Assembly: GCF_006345805.1 (NCBI RefSeq)
Contig: NW_021834207.1
Span: 1-49,870 of the forward strand
From: Octopus sinensis
Taxonomy: Eukaryota
DNA: 49,870 bases
Direction: 5' to 3'
The stretch's first letter is position 1, and every line of letters starts with the position of its first letter. Both the position numbers and the translations under genes were made by a program. The notes under the pieces are model-generated. The model saw only the letters and a program-made list of their open reading frames with translations. It did not search any database and was not told where the DNA came from. Below are positions 48,471-49,870 of the stretch, piece by piece.

Positions 48471-48760
48471 TGGAGGCGCAATGGCCCAGTGGTTAGGGCA
48501 GCGGACTCGCGGTCGTAGGATCGCGGTTTCGATTCCCAGACCGGGCGTTGTGTGTGTTTATTGAGCTATGCTCCGGCAGGGGGTGGGGATCCCTGCTGTA
48601 CTCTTTCACCACTTTTTCTCTCACTGTTGCGTCTATTGGCCTGCTCGCTTAGCCAGCGGGGTGGCGTGATTCGAAGGCTAAAACAATGCGAACGCATTGT
48701 GACCAGCGATGTGTAACAGCATATGATGGTCTGGTCACGTGATATATATCACGTGATATA
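48471..48760 (+). mobile_element. SINE-C, tail type 2
   Basis: ggaggcgcaatggcccagtggttagggc head; cacgtgata tail. Confidence 0.88.
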
Positions 48761-48833
48761 TATATACACATGTATATACATATTATATACACACATGCAT
48801 ATACATAAATTATGTATATATGCAAATATATAT

Positions 48834-48886
<53 letters not shown>

Positions 48887-48889
48887 TAT

Positions 48890-49697
48890 ACACAGCATGC
48901 GATGGGTAAACTTGCCATTTAATGTTCTCAATTTCACGCATGCGCATTGTTTGATTTTTAATTTGTCGACTACACAGTATAGGTCAGTTGGGCGCTGTCT
49001 GTAAGAAAAACAACACCATGATGCAAATCACTCTGCCAGAAATTTGGAAACGGTATACTGCATTGGCATTCGCACCGGAAGCTCCAATACAAACATTTCA
49101 GAGTGTTTGGATGTCAATCTGAGGACAGTATCGAAAATTATTAAAAAATCAAACATCTAGTCAACATCAAGGTATTTGAAGTGATCACTAGTGATGGCGA
49201 TGTTATGCCTCCAGTCATCTTCCCACACGGCCTCACACTCAACACGGGGGCCTACATCAAGTGCTTGGAGGCGGTAGTGCTGACTTGGATCAAGAGGATA
49301 ACTGCTGGAAGACCCTATGTCTGGCAACAGGACTCTGCACCATGCCACACAAGCAGGAGAACCCAGTCATGGCTGCCAGACAATTTCTGCGACCACATCA
49401 ACCCTAACACCTGGCCACCTTAACTGCAACCCCACACTTTAACTGCAACCCCTTCGATTATTATGCGTGGAATAGTTGAACGAGAGACCAACAAAACTCC
49501 GGGTAATACCAAAGATGAACTGAAAGCAAGGCTTATGGCAGCATTCACCAACTTAAACAAGGACCCGTCCAGAAGAGTTGCAGGAAACCAATGGTGATAT
49601 GTAATTTTTGGTAAATATGTCTGTTAAAATGAGATGTCATTGTTATTTTCGTTTTTACGTAATTTAGACGACAGTTTATTCCACCGCACCCAATATA
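48890..49697 (+). mobile_element. Tc1/mariner-superfamily (DD37D/maT-like) transposon remnant
   Basis: ITSDGDVMPP..F...YVWQQDSAPCHTSRRTQSWL...WPP...NPFDYYAW; weakly matching ends. Confidence 0.8.
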
Positions 49698-49870
49698 TGT
49701 AATGCATACCGTATACTTATATATATTATATATATAATATATATATTATTAGTGAATTGAAGAAATGGAGTTGAACGAAGATTGAACAGAAATCGTTTTA
49801 TTGCATTCTACACGTGTTTCGAAAGGCACAATTTACCAAATTCCGATTGAAATTCCAATCGGAATTTGGT

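Overview
AT-rich, microsatellite-saturated eukaryotic DNA. The repeat families look like those of Octopus (coleoid cephalopod); that assignment is inferred from recognising the repeats. No host protein-coding exon can be supported, and nearly all ORFs in the track are translated microsatellites. The window is an intronic or intergenic transposon graveyard. It holds a 5'-truncated Tx1/L1-clade LINE (APE-RT-zfRVT, 23.5-26.95 kb, minus) inserted in a (GATA)n array, and fragments of CR1, L2-like, RTE, RLE/HERO-like, I/Nimb-like and Penelope-like retroelements. It also holds three Tc1/mariner remnants, hAT and other MITEs, Helitron/Helentron-like elements and about 40 copies of several tRNA-derived SINE families. 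Two signals stand out. (1) About 13 type I hammerhead-ribozyme (HHR) motifs occur in several unrelated non-coding repeat families, most with a palindromic helix III. They include a tRNA-headed SINE carrying an HHR, a foldback cassette whose two HHRs bracket 269 nt, and a related three-copy retrozyme-like family. (2) One SINE shares its 3' tail with the Tx1 LINE and repeatedly inserts at the same nucleotide inside its own copies.
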